From Spirogloea muscicola (Eukaryota): DNA of 64,000 bases. Below, in pieces: positions 10,194-24,345 of the stretch (positions within the stretch are counted from its first letter, which is position 1; each line of letters begins with the position of its first letter). The stretch lies in the NCBI GenBank assembly GCA_009602725.1, contig WELB01000006.1, positions 94,341 to 158,340 on the forward strand, given 5' to 3'. The position numbers and the translations under genes were made by a program. Below the pieces are notes generated by a model. The model saw only the letters and a list, made by a program, of their open reading frames with translations. It did no database searches and had not been told where the DNA came from.

Positions 10194-13100
10194 TGTAACG
10201 AATCTCGCCCTGAACACGCAGTTAGAGGGAGATTCCTTATTGTATTCGAGCATAGGGGGTTTAGGGGCCAACCCACTACACAAGGAAGCACTAGCGCATA
10301 GCGCAGCGGAAGACAGGCCCTGTGGCGCCGCCTTGACGGCGACTCCAGCTCCTGGGCGCAGGCCGGCGCAGCAGGCCCCGCAGTGCAGTGCGGCGGCGGC
10401 TGCGGCGGCGAGCAGCGGCAAGGCTGCTCCTGGGCTTCCTCGGCTCGAACTGGTTCCTGAGCCTCAGCCCCTGAGGCTCCTTCGTGCTTCCCCGTGCCAC
10501 CCCCCCTCCAGGGGTGTGAGCGGGTCGCCCCAAGGCCCGACTTACGGCAGGCCCAAAGATCCTCCCTTGAATGGGCGGATCCTGCGAGGGGTATCTCCGG
10601 ACGGACGGGACCCGCACCCGGGCGTGCCACCGGCCAGCCAGCCTGGCAGCTGGCAGAGCACCTGGCCCAAATATTCGGTCATGTAATGCCGACAGAGCCA
10701 TGTGGTTAACCAGACGGGTGTTTCATTACATACCTCCCCACTCTGGTGTTCACGTCCTCGGGAACCTCGAGAGAACAACCGACAGATTTTACACCCGACG
10801 GTTGCTGCCTCGACCAAGCCTAGGAGCATTACCAACCTTGGCCAGGTATTCCCTGAGTGCATCCGGACAGATTGCCAAATTGGCCGCAGGCTCCCACGTG
10901 TTGTGCTCAGGCCCATACCCGAGCCACTTCACCAGATACTCACGGGTCTTACGCCCTCGAGGCTTGTCCCTATGAGACAAGATCTCTTCCACCTCAAACT
11001 CAAGAGCATCCTCGATCAGTAGTGGAGGTGGGGGCGGTTGGACACGACCATCCGAAAGGAAGGCCCTCAGCTGAGACACATGGAAGACGTTATGTACCTT
11101 CCAATGCACTGGTGTCTTGAGCTCGTAGGACACCTTGCCCACAAGGCGTACTACTGCAAATGGTCCAACCCACTTGTGTAGCAACTTGCGCGTACCCACA
11201 GCCCGCAAGGATAAGTGCTTTGTGCTAAGCAGCACTTGTGCACCAACATCGAAGGAGACGTCCTTCCGATGTTTGTCAGCATGAGCCTTCTGGCGACTCT
11301 GAGCAATTTCCAAGAACTGCCGAGCTCGTCGCTGAGCCTCCAAGAGAGTCCCAGTAAAGGCTACCGCGGCGGGAACCCGTTCCGGCCTCCCCACCTGAAG
11401 TGGATCTCGGGGATGCTGACCATAGTTGAGGAAGAATGGAGTCTCTTTTGTGGACGCATGATAGGCATTGCTCACAGCATATTCAGCTGGAGCCAAATAC
11501 TCATCCCAGTCAGTCTGGCTGGGGTTGAGGAAGTGCCTCAACATGTCCTCGAGAACTCGATTCATGCGCTCAGTTTGACCATCAGTTCGTGGGTGAAAGG
11601 CTGTGGACATGGCTTCGTGCCAAGAATCTTGCACACTTCTGTCCAGAAGTGACCTGTAAAGCGAGGATCGCGGTCCGAGACCATCCTCTCAGGTACGCCA
11701 TGCACTTCCACACCTTATCCACAAAGATGCCAGCGAAATCCTTTGCAGAAACCCGCGTAGTTGTGGGAGCAAAATGCACCATTTTACTCAAGCGATCCAC
11801 AAAGACAACAATGGCATCATAGCCATTCCGCGTCTTAGGCAATTGTGTGATGAAATTCACACTTACATCAGACCAATTCCGCTCCGGAATGTGCAAGGGC
11901 TGAAGTAAACCGGCAGGTTTGCCAGAGATTGCCTTACTACGCTGGCATGTGGCACAACTAACCACAAAAGCGCGCACCTGGGCTGAAAAGCCCGGCCACC
12001 AAAAGAGGCGTCGCACAGCCTTTTGGGTTTTGCCCACGCCCAGATGACCACTGTAAGTCGGATCATGCAGCTCCTGCATTATGTCAGTGCGCAAGGCATT
12101 GCAGTCCGGGACGACAATAGCGTCACCTTGCCACCAAAAGCCTTTGTCATCGGTGAGGGTACTCACGTTGGCAGCCGCAGCAAAGCACGGGTCGGTGCCA
12201 TACCCTTGACGGATACGGACACAGAGCTCAGAGAGGTCTGCCGTGGGTAGCTCAGAAGCTTGACGAGTCGGACGCAATCCAGCAGCCCGCACTCCAGAAG
12301 CATTCAAGGTGGCCAACGCAGCAGCGCCGCTAATGTTGCGACTCACAGGGTTCGCAACATTAAGACGGCCAGGGCGATAAACCCATTGGAAGTCAAATTG
12401 TGCAATGCACTCCGACCATCGAGCTTGACGCCGAGTTAATGCTGCTGTGTGTGGGAAAATGTCAACGGGCAATGATCCGTGACAACCGAAAATGCCACAC
12501 CTTCCAGGTAGCAACGCCAGACACGTAAGGCGTGCACCACAGCCAGCAATTCCTGCTCGCCCATAGTGTAATTTCGCTCTGCAGGTATGAGCAGGCGACT
12601 CTCAAACGCTAACGGGTGACCCTCTTGCAAGAGCACGGCACCAATGCCGGTCAAAGAGGCATCGCAGACAAGCTCATATGGCACGCCTTCCCGAGGAAAG
12701 GCCAGCACAGGCGGAGACGTCAGCGCGTGCTAGATTCCCTTAAATGCACTCTGGCATTCGGACGACCATTCCCAAGGTACGTCCTTACGAGTCAACTTCG
12801 TAAGAGGAAGTGCCAAGTTCCCATAGCCTTGTAGGAACTTTCGAAAGGAGTTTGCAAAGCCCAAAAAGGAGCGCAATGCAGGGACTGTCTTTGGCACAGG
12901 CCAATCCCGTACGACCGAAGTATTTTGGGTATCAACACGGATTCCGTCCTTGCCCACGACATGCCCGAGGTATGTCAATTCTGGCTGGTTAAATGCGCAC
13001 TTGGACCGCTTCGCGTACAAGTGATTTTCACGCAGCAGCTGCAGCACTTGGCGCAGGTGCTTCGCGTGATCCTCCGGTGTTTTGCTGAACAGGAGGATAT

Positions 13101-14785
13101 CGTCCAGATATACCAGCACAAATTGATAGAGCAGGGGACCAAAGACCCTCGACATCACCGCCTGGAAAGTCGCTGGTGCATTGGTTAAACCAAAGCTCAG
13201 CACTTTGAATTGAATATGCCCAAGCGGGGTACGAAACGCTGACTTGGGAACATCGGCAGGCGTGATTCGAATTTGGTGATAGCCACTTGCCAGGTCCAGG
13301 GAGCTAAACACGGTAGCTCCTGCGAGCCAATCGAATAGATAATCGATTCGAGGCAGTGATTATCGATTCTTGATTGTAAGCTTATTCAAAGCCCGGTAAT
13401 CAATGCACATCCGTAGAGTGCCATCCTTCTTTTTGACAAAGAGAATGGGTGCTCCGTTTGGCGATTGAGAGGGCTCAATGTAGCCCTTCGCCAGCAGGTC
13501 CTCGACCTGGGATTGCATTTCTCGAAATTCAAGAGGGCTAAGCCGGTAAATGGGACGGTAAGGCGGCTGAGCGCCTGGCTCCAATGGAATTGTATGAGCC
13601 ACACCTCGGTGAGGAGGTAGACCGTCCGGAAGAGAGTCGGGAAAAACATCCGCAAACTCTTCCAGCAGCTTATCAAGAACCCCGCCATGTGAGTCCGCAG
13701 TGTTCACACACAGGGCCGGCGTAGAATCGTCATGCAACGCCACCATCACAAGAAATGCCACTTCCACTGTGTTCTTGTGATTCAGTCGCTTCATCTGCAT
13801 ATCGGACAGCAGAATGGAAGCCCCTGCCGCCAGTGGCGGTACACAGGGAAGTTGCTTGCAGAGGACATAGCGCCGTGCGCCACTTTGGACAGTGCAAGTC
13901 TGGTGGCGTTCATAGTCAAGGCATGCTGACGCGGCACGAAGCCAGTCGTCTCCCAATATCACATCGAATGCGACAGACAGCGCAATGGCATAGCAAGGCA
14001 CCTCGGCCTTATAATGGTGAATGCAAATTGGAATTGAGCACAAACCCATCACAGTGGTGGGGTGGCCATCGGCCAAAGTCACTTTTGCTAGACCGTCTGC
14101 TTGCACAGGCAAGCCAGCGGAGCACACCAAATCCCTACTGACGAAGGACACTGAGGCCCTTGAGTCTATGAGGAAGCGAGCTGGTGCCGTAGCAACCAGC
14201 CCCTGGAACAGCATAGTATGTCCACCCTGGACGCTGCCCAGGAATGGGGTGCGAGCAATGTAAACCCTAACCGAGGTCGGGTAAGGCCGACGCGGAGAGG
14301 CATCGACGCTACGCCTGAGGAGCCTGTGTCCCGCATTGTGCGAGCACAACAGCGCCATCCCCAGCGGAGCTCTATCAGGTACGCCGCGCCTCTGCGGCAC
14401 AATGAAGAACAGCATTTCTTCAGCCTCACGGCGTTCAGGCCAGCTCAAGTAAACGTCAGCAGCCATTTGCAAAGCATTGTGGGCAACCCACACAAATAGA
14501 GGCCCTCCAGCCTCCAAGCCTTGCAACAAAGCAGATATGGAGCGCACAACCGGCACGGTTGGCAGGCAAGCAATGCCAGCAAGATCGAACAGCCCAAGTG
14601 CGTCTGGCTGAATCATGTGGCGCCCAGAGGCGAGGGTTAGGCACGCACGCTTCCCCTTGAAGCAGCTGCCCTTGTCCCGGCCCATCGGGCGCTGTGGACG
14701 TGGCCCAGCAGATGCCGCCGTGCACTCCCTGGACATGTGGCCCGGCTCCCCGCACTTGAAGCAAGTAGCTCCCTCCATGTGCGGC
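10194..14785 (-). mobile_element. Ty3/Gypsy chromovirus family X, 3' LTR + frameshifted pol back to the Gag zinc knuckle
   Basis: LTR 10194-10730 (TGTAA..TTACA), PPT at 10731-10744, integrase+chromodomain ORF 10789-11634, RNase H, RT with YLDD (12730-13311), protease-like [21 protein letters not shown]. Confidence 0.9.
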
Positions 14786-17700
14786 TTGAAGATACTTACG
14801 GAGAACGGACGGGCAGTGGGAAAGATGGCCCGAAGGTTCCCACGTACTGTCCTTAGGCCCATAGCCGAGCCACTTGACAAGATACTCGCGGGACTTACGT
14901 TGCCCACGGAGCTTGTCGCGGTGAGACAAGATCTCGTCCACCTCAAACTCTTCCTTATCCTCAACGACAAGGGAAGGTGCGGGCAGTTGGACACGACCAT
15001 CCGTATGGAATGGTTCGAGCTGAGACACATGGAATACTTTGTGGATTTTCCATGTACCGGCGTATCCAGCTCATACGCAACTTTGCCGACCAGGCGCACT
15101 ACCCGAAAAGTCCAACCCACTTTGGTAGCAATTTTGGCGTACCTACAGCCCGCGTGGAGAGATGCTTTGTGCTTAATAGCACTTGAGCACCCACGTCGAA
15201 GGATATATCTCGACGATGTCAATCAGCATACTGCTTTTGCCGTTGCTGGGCAATCTCCAAGCATTGCCTAGCCCTCCGCTGAGCTTCCAGGAGGTTGCCG
15301 GTAAAAGTTACTGCGGCCGGCACACGTTCCGGGCTCCCCACCTGTAAAGGTGCTCGGGGATGCTGATCGTAATCAAGAAAGAAGGGTGTATTCTTAGTTG
15401 ACTCGTGGAAGGCATTCTTCACAGCGTTCTCCGCTGGAGCAAGATACTCATCCCAGTCACTTTGGCTGGGGTTTACAAAATGCCGTAACATGTCTTCCAA
15501 CACCCGATTCATTCTTCCCGTCTGACCATCTGTCTAGGAAGGGAAAGCCGTGGACATGGATTGCTGGGTGCCAATCAGCCTTCACACACCTATCCAGAAG
15601 TGCCCCGTGAAGCGAGGGTCGCGGTCAGACACGATCCGCTCGGGGACTCCGTGCAGCTTCCATACTCGGTCCACGAATATACCAGCAAATTCCTTGGCTG
15701 ACACCTTTGTGGTCGTAGGCACAAAATGCGCCATTTTATTCAAGCGATCCACAAATACGACAATGGCCTCATAGCGGTTCCCCGTCATCGGCAACTGGTG
15801 GTAAAATCTACACTTATATCAGACCAGTTCATCGGAGGAATCTCCAATAATTGGAGCAACCCGGCAGGCTTATGAGAGCGTACCTTACTGCGCTGGCAGG
15901 TGGCACAAGTCTTCACAAAATATTTCACTTGGACTTTCAAGTCCGGCCACCAAAAGAGAAGCCGGACAGCTTTCTTCGTCTTTCCCATACCCAAATGACC
16001 ACTATACGGAGGCTCATGCAGTTCTTGCAAGATACTGCTACGCAAGGCATTGCAGTCAGGGACTACAATGGCGTCACCTCGCCACCAAAAAGCCTTGGTC
16101 ATTTACTAGTGTTCGTGTATTGGTTTCCTCTGCAAACCATGGGTCTGTGCCATACCCATCACGAATACGCACGTACAGCTCAGAGAGATTGGCGGTGGAC
16201 TGCCGAGCAGCTCCACGAGTAGGCCGCACGTCTGCGGTCTGATCCCTTGAAGCGTGCAAGACAGCCGCCACAGCAGCCCCTGCAGTGTTGCGACTCACTG
16301 GGTCCGCAGCATTCATTCGTCCAGGGCGGTACAACCACTGGAAACGGAATTGTACTGTAAACTCAGCCCACCGTGTTTGACGCCTGCTCAATTGCTGTTG
16401 TGTGTGAAAGTAGGTCAACGCACAGTGGTCCGTTACAACCGTAATGTCAACATACTCGAGATAGCATCGCCACACACGTAGGGCGTGCACAACAGCAAGG
16501 AGCTCTTGCTCCCCCGTAGTGTAGTTACGCTCTGCAGGACGAAGCAGGCGAATTTCAAATGCTACAAGTACCCTCCTGCAAGAGAACGGCACCTGTGACG
16601 TCCTGAACCCTAGACATGAAGTAAGGGGTAAGTACGTCCTGATTGAGTTCGAACCTTGGGGGGTTTAAGAACTTACCCCCTACAGAGTGGATCGCCAACG
16701 CACACGGTGTACTCAAGTGCATCACATAGCACAGCGGAAGTCTCACCCTGAGGCGCCGCTAGAAGGCGGCGGCTCAACAGAGGCTTGGGTTAGTAGCTGG
16801 CCCCAGATGGGGCGCAACCGTGGCACTTACGGAGAGCCGGCGATGTTCGCAGCGACGGGCTGCGGCGACGGGCTGGGCAGCAGACGGCAGCAGCAGAGCT
16901 GGGGCGGCGGCTGCGGCAGCAGGCAAGCAGGGCTGTGCCTCTTTCTGCGCGTCACTGGTTCGACTGAAGAGTCTTGGCCTCGGCCTACTACTTATAACGT
17001 TCCACCTGCCACCCTCCCCGGAGGTGTGACGAGGGTAGCCCCAAGGTCCGGCCCCCGAAGGAGCGGACCAGTACAATGGGGATGTGACTGGCGCGGGGAG
17101 CCCGGAGGAACGTTCCCTCCGTTTGGGAGTGCCAACGGTGCCGGTTACCTTACATGTTTGTATTTGTGTTTGTCGCGGGTAACGCTCCAACGGTCCCGGC
17201 TCCGCCCCGGCGCCGTGGCCCGAGGCCGCAGTCCCGTATCACACGTGCTCCGCCCCCGGCGCCGCGGCCCGCGGCCCCGGTTCCGTACTGCACGTGCTCC
17301 GCCCCCGGCGCCGCGGCCCTAGGCCCCGGCTCNGCGCCGCCCGAGGCTCCGCGTCGCGCCCCCTTGATGCCGCTTAAGGCACCCCGTCGTACCTCATTGG
17401 CTCCGCCAAGGCGCCCTTCCGCACCGTCCCATAGCGCCGCGTTCACGCGCCGCTTTGCGTCTCCTTGGAGCCGCCCAAGGCGCCGCTCTCCGTGTCCCCT
17501 TCGTCCGGCCCGCCCCTTCGGGGGAGGCCTTGGGGGCGACCCTCGTCACACCCTCGGGGGAGGGTGGCAGATGGAACGCTATATAAATAGTAGGCCCTGG
17601 CCGGGCTCGGGAGTCCGACCAGCGCCGAGAGAGACACAGCCCTGCTGCTGCCTAGCCAGCCCCGCTGCCGCCTGGCCAGCCCCGCTGCTGCCTGCCGCCG

Positions 17701-20229
17701 CCGCCGCCGCCACAGCTCTGCTGCTGCCGTCTGCTGCCCAACCTTCGCCGCAGCTCGTCGTTGCGGGCCCTGCCGGCTCTCTGGACAGGGATGCTACAGC
17801 TCGGCTGCTGCCGCCTGCTGCCCAGCCCGTCGCCGCAGCTCGTTGCTGCGGGTCCCGCCGGCTCTCTGTAAGTCTATGGGTAGAGTCACCGCCCTAGGCG
17901 GTGCCTCAGGGTAAGACTTCCGCTGCGCTCTGTACACGTATGTGCGTTGGCCTTTTTTCTGTATGAGGGTTGTCTCCTAAACACCCTATGCTTGAATCTA
18001 AACCAGAACATTCTGGCCCTAACTGTGTGATTAGGGGCAGGGATGTTACACCCAAGGTCCGGCCCCTGGAAGAGCGGACCCGCACAATGAGGATACAGGG
18101 GGGCGTGCCGTGCATACTGCGGGCTGCGCGTGGCGCGAGCCTGACCAATGGGATACAAGTCCAGGGGACTGGCGCGTTCCGCGCGTGATTGGCGCGTGGC
18201 GCGCGTGACCGGCGCGTGATGCGCGTGAAGCGCACTTACTGGAACCGTTTGGCTCCTACAAACGGGGGACGTTACAGCACCGATGCCGATCAAAGAGGCG
18301 TCACATACTATGTCAAATGGCACGCCTTCTCGAGGCAAGGCCAGAACGGGTGGATGCACGAGGACCCGTTTGATATCCTCGAATGTCTTCTGGCATTCGG
18401 TCGTCCACACCCAGCTGACGTCCTTACGAGTGAGCTTCGTAAGAGGAGATGCCATACTTCCGCACCCTTGTAGAAACTTGCGGAAGTAATTCGCGAATTC
18501 CAAGAAGGAACGCAATGTTGGCACATTCCGTGGCACTGGCCAGTCCTTTACCGCTGTAGTCTTTTTGGGGTCGACGCGTACCCCGTCTTTGCCCACAACA
18601 TGCCCTAAGTATGTCAGCTCGGGCTGGTTAAATACACTTTTGAATCTTGTGGCTGGCATTCAACTGGTTTGCACGTAGTAATTGCAGCACCTGCCGCAGG
18701 TGTCGTACGTGCTGCTCAGGCGTTTTACTAAACACCAGTATGTCATCCAGATAGACCAGCACAAGTCATACAGTAGGGGGCCAATGACCTTCGTCATCAC
18801 AGCCTGAAATGTGACAGGTGCATTGATTGGACCAAAGCTGAGCACCTTGAACTGGAAGTAACCGAGCAGCGTACGGAACGCCGACTTCGGGACGTCCTCA
18901 GGAGTGATGCGAAATTGATGATTATCGCTTTTGTCAAGTCGAGGGAGCTGAACACATTAGCTCCCGCAAGACGATCGAAGAGGTCGTCAATTTGAGGCAA
19001 AGGATGCCGATTCTTGAAAGTGAGCTTGTTCAGGGCTCGATAGTCGATGCACATTCGAAGACTACCATCCTTTTTCTTCACGAAGAGGATGGGTGCACCG
19101 GATGGCGACTGGGAAAGCTCCATGTGTCCTTTCCGTAGCAGTTCCTCTACTTGGAACTGCATTTCCCGAAATTCGAGAGGACTCAGTCGATACATCTGAC
19201 GGTACAACGGCGTAGCGCATGGCTCCAATGGAATTGTCTGTGCCACGCCTCGATCAGGAGGCAAACCGTTTGGAAGAGCATCGGGAAACACATCCGAGAA
19301 TTCCGCCAACAAACTATGGAGAGCCGCACCATGTGAGGCCGCATTTGTCACTACCACTGAGTCAGGGGGGAACTTATTTTCCATCACCATTATTAGCAAA
19401 TACACAGCCGAGGTGGATTCTGCGTGAAGGACCCTCTTAAACTGCACAGCCGACAGCCGAATAGAGGAGTCTGTCATAGGCGATGATACAAGGGGAGCGT
19501 CTTTGAGCAGTACAAAGCAACGAGCACCCCGTCGGCACGAGCAAGTCCGCGCGTCAAAATCGAGGAGGGCCGCGGTAGCACACGACCAGTCGTCGCCCAA
19601 TATCACATCAAACCCAGTGCCAGCTCAATAACATGGCAAGAAAAAAGCGCCTTATCATTCTGAATGCGTTGGGGACTTGACATAGGCCCATATTTTCGGC
19701 ACTTTGTCCATTTGCCATGTAGCTTGCGAAATACCAGTCGGTTTTACAATCAAACCACTGTCGCTGACAAAATTCTTACTGACACAGGAGACTGTGGCTC
19801 CCGTATCTATGAGGATCTGGGCTGGCTGATCAGCCACCAGTTCCGAGAACAACATGGTTGGCGCGTCAGCGCTACGTGCCGAGGCACTTACTACCGTAAG
19901 AATATAACTACTAGCTACATATACGAGAAATTTAGGAGGTCTTGGAGAAACATCCTCCCCCTTGTACTTCACGTGGAGTTTGCCCGCCTTCCGGCGACAC
20001 AAGAAAGCCAGCCCCTTTGGAGGTAGAGGTTTCACTCCGCAACTTTACGGCACAATGAAGAAGACCGGTTCTTTAGTACCGTGTGAAGTGATCCAGCTTA
20101 AGTACATTTCTGCCGCTGCCTGCAGCTGATTAAAAGGAGGCCATACAACAAGGGGGCCTTCGTTCACCAGCGCTTGCATGAAGCACATGCACAGAGCGTA
20201 CTACTGGCACAACAGACTTTGGGCATACT
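14786..20229 (-). mobile_element. Degenerate chromovirus family Y pol (PR-RT-RH-IN-chromodomain), interrupted by nested LTRs
   Basis: High similarity to pol at 30210-33648. Chromodomain ~14790-14950, RT ~18300-19250, protease LIDTGA ~19800. Multiple frameshifts. Confidence 0.88.
16594..18276 (-). mobile_element. Solo/composite LTR inserted in pol, containing a second opposite-strand LTR (~17106-18050)
   Basis: TG..CA ends, 5-bp TSD GCACC at 16589-16593 and 18277-18281, and the RNase H sequence resumes across it. Confidence 0.85.
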
Positions 20230-22290
20230 TGTAGCGTTAGGCCCATTTGGGCGCATTGCCCTCCTATAATCTAGTACAAGTGGTCTCTGTCGCGCGGTCT
20301 ACTTTCGTGTATTCTCCCGCGCGCATTGTCTTCTACCACCAGCGTCGTGCCGCTTGGCGTGACCCCTGTCTTGCGGTTTTCTCGAGGTCCGCCCGTGGAC
20401 GTCTCGTGTCCTACGGGTCCCTCGAGGTCCGCCCGTGGACGTTACCTGTCCACCCTTCGGTACCATCGAGGTCTTCACGTGGGCGTGACATGTCCCCGCG
20501 ACCGATCCTCGTGCGGCCCGCCCCTGACGGAGTGGGCCTTGAAGCGGCTCCCGCACACCCTGGAGCGGGGTGGCATTGAAGCATCACAAGTAGTCGGCTG
20601 AGACCGAACGGGTCAGTTCGATTAGTGAGGCCAGAGAGAGGCAGACCCCTGCTTGCCTGCTGCCGCAGCCGCCGCCACAGCCTTGCTGCTGCCGTCTGCT
20701 GCCCAGCCCGTCGCTGCAGCTCGTCGCTGCGGACATCGCCGGCTCTCCGTAAGTACCATGGCTGCGCCCCATGCGGGTTAGCGATCATGCCAGACCCACA
20801 GTTAAGTCGCCGCCTTCTGGCGGCGCCTCAGGGTAAGACTTCCGCTATGTGCTGTATGTAGTATTGCTTCTCTGTAGGGGTTTGCTTCTAAATCCCCAAT
20901 ATCGAAGCCAATCAGGACATCCTCATCCCTAATTGCGTGTATAGGGCTTAGAACGTTTCATTGGTATCAGAGGTGTCCGTGCATCTAGATAGCCTCGTAT
21001 ACTTTTGATGATGCGGCTGCCAATGCAAGGTTCCTTCTGATGTTCTGGCACTGACTAGTCTCTTGTGACTTAAGACCCTTGCCAGAGTGTACCCGTGGAT
21101 TTGCATTGGCGCGCTGATTGGAGCTGTGATCCACTCGCCCGCTTCATCCACGCGTCCGGGGCCGGTCAATGTCAACTGGTCCTCCACCTGGCGGCAATCT
21201 CTATTGCCAGGTTAGTATTTCGCCTGCGCAACCCCCTGCGGTCGGCGGATTGCCTGTCTGTATGATAAGGAGTTGAAAGCGATCGCCGCTGGGCGGCGAA
21301 GTCTGGCCCTCTGCCAGAGGCTGGTCCGTACCCGGTCCTGGTCCCTCCTTCGGCTGCGCGTGCTGCTGTGCGTTCTGGGGGTATGACTTGCGCGCTACCA
21401 TGATTTCTTTGCTTGCTTGGGCGCCCCAGCTTGTTCAGCAACATTGTGGTAGTATTGTCTTGGCGGAATGTCCTGTGCCCGTCTCTGACTTGGCCCTCAG
21501 TGTGTTGGTGTAAAGACATGGAGTCCGCGGACTCAAGTGCACAACCTAGCCCCCCTCCGCCGGCAGTACCAGCGGTTGAGGTCGAGGAGATGGTGAACGT
21601 ATGGCGGAGCTCCAAGCGCCGGGCGCGAACGGCCTGACATCCGCCGAGGCGCGGCGCCTTGAGCGCCTCAGTGAGCAAGTAGAGGCTGCAATCCCAATTG
21701 GGGATCTGCTGGTATACCCGGTGTTGGGGGTCTGATGCGAAGAGGTGTCGTGCGAACACTGATTGCCCATATGTGCGCGAGTGAGCAGCGGGTTCGCCGC
21801 CTCAAGACGAAATTAAGCCACGCGCGCAGCTTGGTGTGTCCAGCCGTGCCAGCCTGCCAAGTATGATGGGCAGAGTAGCCTCGCCGCCTAGCTCCGTGAG
21901 TTGAACGTGTGGTTCGTGCTGTGTGAAGCACATGTACCATCCCGTATGGGGATGTCAATTACGTACCTCACGGCGGATCCCGCAACTGTCTGGGAGGGAA
22001 TCCATGAAGTCGTCCTCCCACCCCAGAGTGTGAAATCACACTTGGGACTTCTTCACCTGCTCAATCACCATCCTGTACGGAAAGATGCTTCGCGTTGCGC
22101 AACATGCCCGCAATGTTTTCGATGTTGTTCGCATAGTGGGCGATGACTTCGAGAAGTTTGTACGGCAATTTCATTTATTGTTGATAAATTGCGGTACTAT
22201 AAACGCTAAACATCAACTGTAATGCTTTAATGCGGGTTGTTCGCAACACATGTCAGTATTGTTCAAGTGGGACAATGTCACGTTTGAAGC
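20230..22290 (+). mobile_element. Chromovirus 5' LTR, PBS, leader and decayed gag
   Basis: LTR 20230-20960 (TG..CA), TGGTATCAGAG at 20962. Leader and gag are similar to 28101-29420. Confidence 0.85.
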
Positions 22291-23072
22291 TGTGTCAGCC
22301 CTGTTTGTACAAAGTGTATGATTGAAGTGGTGCCATGGATTTGGCAACCGGCTTTGATGTGGATGACATGTGGCGTGTTTGCCACTGCGTCCTTGCTTGG
22401 TGCTGAACGATGTATTCGTCCTCGTCAAAGTGGGGATCGTCGCTTGTGTTAACAAGGACACTCCCTGTGTGACAATTATCGGCTGTGCTGCTAGTCAGCA
22501 CGGGCTTGCCGGAATCATCAGTCTGTACGAGTCTAGGCTCTGATGTAGTAAGGCCCAATCCGAGCCGGCCTAGCTGTGGCTTCTGCCCGTCAAACTTGTG
22601 GACGTGGTCGTGAGATCAGTACTGTGGGATGCCTCAGCATGGGTGGCCCCTGCTTTGGTACTCACCTTGCCAAATCTCTGGTGTTGGCGGCGGGTGCGCC
22701 CTCTCCTTGCTTTGTGTGTTGGCACACCCCACATACTGACATACTATGGTACTTGGCACCATAGTGAGATGAAAATTTCGGCTGGCAGCCATCCTCATTG
22801 ACCTAGCGGCTTATGCGGCCCTGGTCAGTAGCACCTCGGTGTTATCCACTTCCAGTGTAAGTCCATGGCTCTCCATAGCTGTTGATGATGTGATCACGGC
22901 TACGGGCTAAGTCGGTGTGCTGAAAAAGGGTGGCAAATATTGTCAATGCTACCTGCAGCACCCAGAGACTTTCTTCACCTGTATATTCCTAGGGTGCCTA
23001 CATATCAAGCTCCGTGTGTCGGGTATTGACGAGATTATGTGCGGCTCTATGTCCTGCTCGAAGTGGACTGTA

Positions 23073-24085
23073 TGTAGTAATAAACCAGCCGTCTGGTTAA
23101 GCCACATGGCTCTGTCGGCATTACATGACCGTCGGCCAGGTGACCCGCCAGCTGGCGGGCTGGCTGACCGGGCAAGTGGCCCGCCCGGGTGCGGGCCCCG
23201 CCCGTCCTAAAATATCCCTCGCCGGGATCTGCCGTTCAAGGGAGGATCTTTGGCCTGCCGCAAGGCCATGAGGCGACCCGCTCAGACCCCTGGAGGGGGG
23301 GTGGCACGGGGAAGCACAAGGATACTTGGGGGCTGAGGCTCTACAATCAATTCGAGCCCGGGAAGCCTTGGAGCAGCCTTGCCGCTGCTCGCCGCCGCAG
23401 CCGCCGCCGCACTGTGCTGCGGGGCCTGCTGCGCCGGCCTGCGCTCAGGAGGTGGAGTCGCCGCCGGACGGCGGCGCCACAGGGCGTATATTCCGCTGCG
23501 CCTATGCGCTAGTGCTTCCTTGTGTAGTGGGTTGGCTCCTAAACCCACTACGTCTCAATAAGGACTGTTCTCTCTAACTGATATCTAGAGCAGGTTCCTT
23601 ACAATTTGGTATCAGAGGGGGTCTTGCATCCATCGCGCTTGTGCCTTCTTGTGCTCGCTGCTGATGATGCAACAAGGATCACCTTGATATGCTGGCCTGA
23701 CTTTTCCTGCCAAAGTTGAAGTGCTTGCCAGACGTTGGTCCGTGTGACGGCTCCACGGAAGCGCCAAGTGCAAAGCCATCCTTGCGCCGTGATCCGGCGA
23801 CCAACGCCAGATTGCAGACTGATCCTTGGGATCACTTGCTGCGTTCGCTCCTCTGGAGGTATGGCTTGAGCTTGCAGCCTTTGTGTGGTGAGGTCAGTCG
23901 TGTGACCAGCATTGATTGTGAGCATCGGTCTTGGTCACATCGCGGCTGTCTGCCTGCCTGCTGATTGAGATGTGAGGTTGCGCGCCGCCTTGCTCGCTGG
24001 CTCGTTGGTGCACCAGTCTTGCGATGTCCTGGAATGCGGTATGGAGTGTGTGATGTTCTGACTGTCGGAGCTGAATTGATCACTT
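23073..24085 (+). mobile_element. Family X LTR + PBS + leader, truncated before gag
   Basis: LTR ends TTACA at 23603, TGGTATCAGAG at 23607. Inverted homologue of 26152-27169. Confidence 0.85.
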
Positions 24086-24345
24086 CTTTATAATCCGAGC
24101 TTGTCGACTTCACCTCAACATAGTGCAGTGCTCCCCCGCCCTCTGGCTTCAAGATGAGGTCGAAGCAAGCCCCGCTTTCCACAAGCTCATTCATCCACTG
24201 CGCATTCTCAGGGCCATGCTTGGCTACCAGCTGCCTACATACGAACTCCTCACCCCACCTTCCAGTGACTTTCCGTTGCTTCTCATCCATCTCATTCAGA
24301 AAGGTAGGCAACCTCAGCTTTTTACGCTGCAGAAGCTGCTCAATT
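24085..24345 (-). pseudogene. Fragment of a DUF3883 / NO VEIN C-terminal-like PD-(D/E)xK nuclease domain
   Basis: TGRWGEEFV..WMNELVESGACFDL..YVEVKST matches the G..GE / WxNE..ESG.PYD / EVK(S/A)T pattern of DUF3883. Truncated on both sides by LTR-element sequence. Confidence 0.78.

Noticed and set aside
13360..15222. 620-aa ORF as one gene
   Set aside because: It is a chimera across a junction at ~14785 between a family Y chromodomain region (out of frame) and a family X zinc knuckle-protease-RT.
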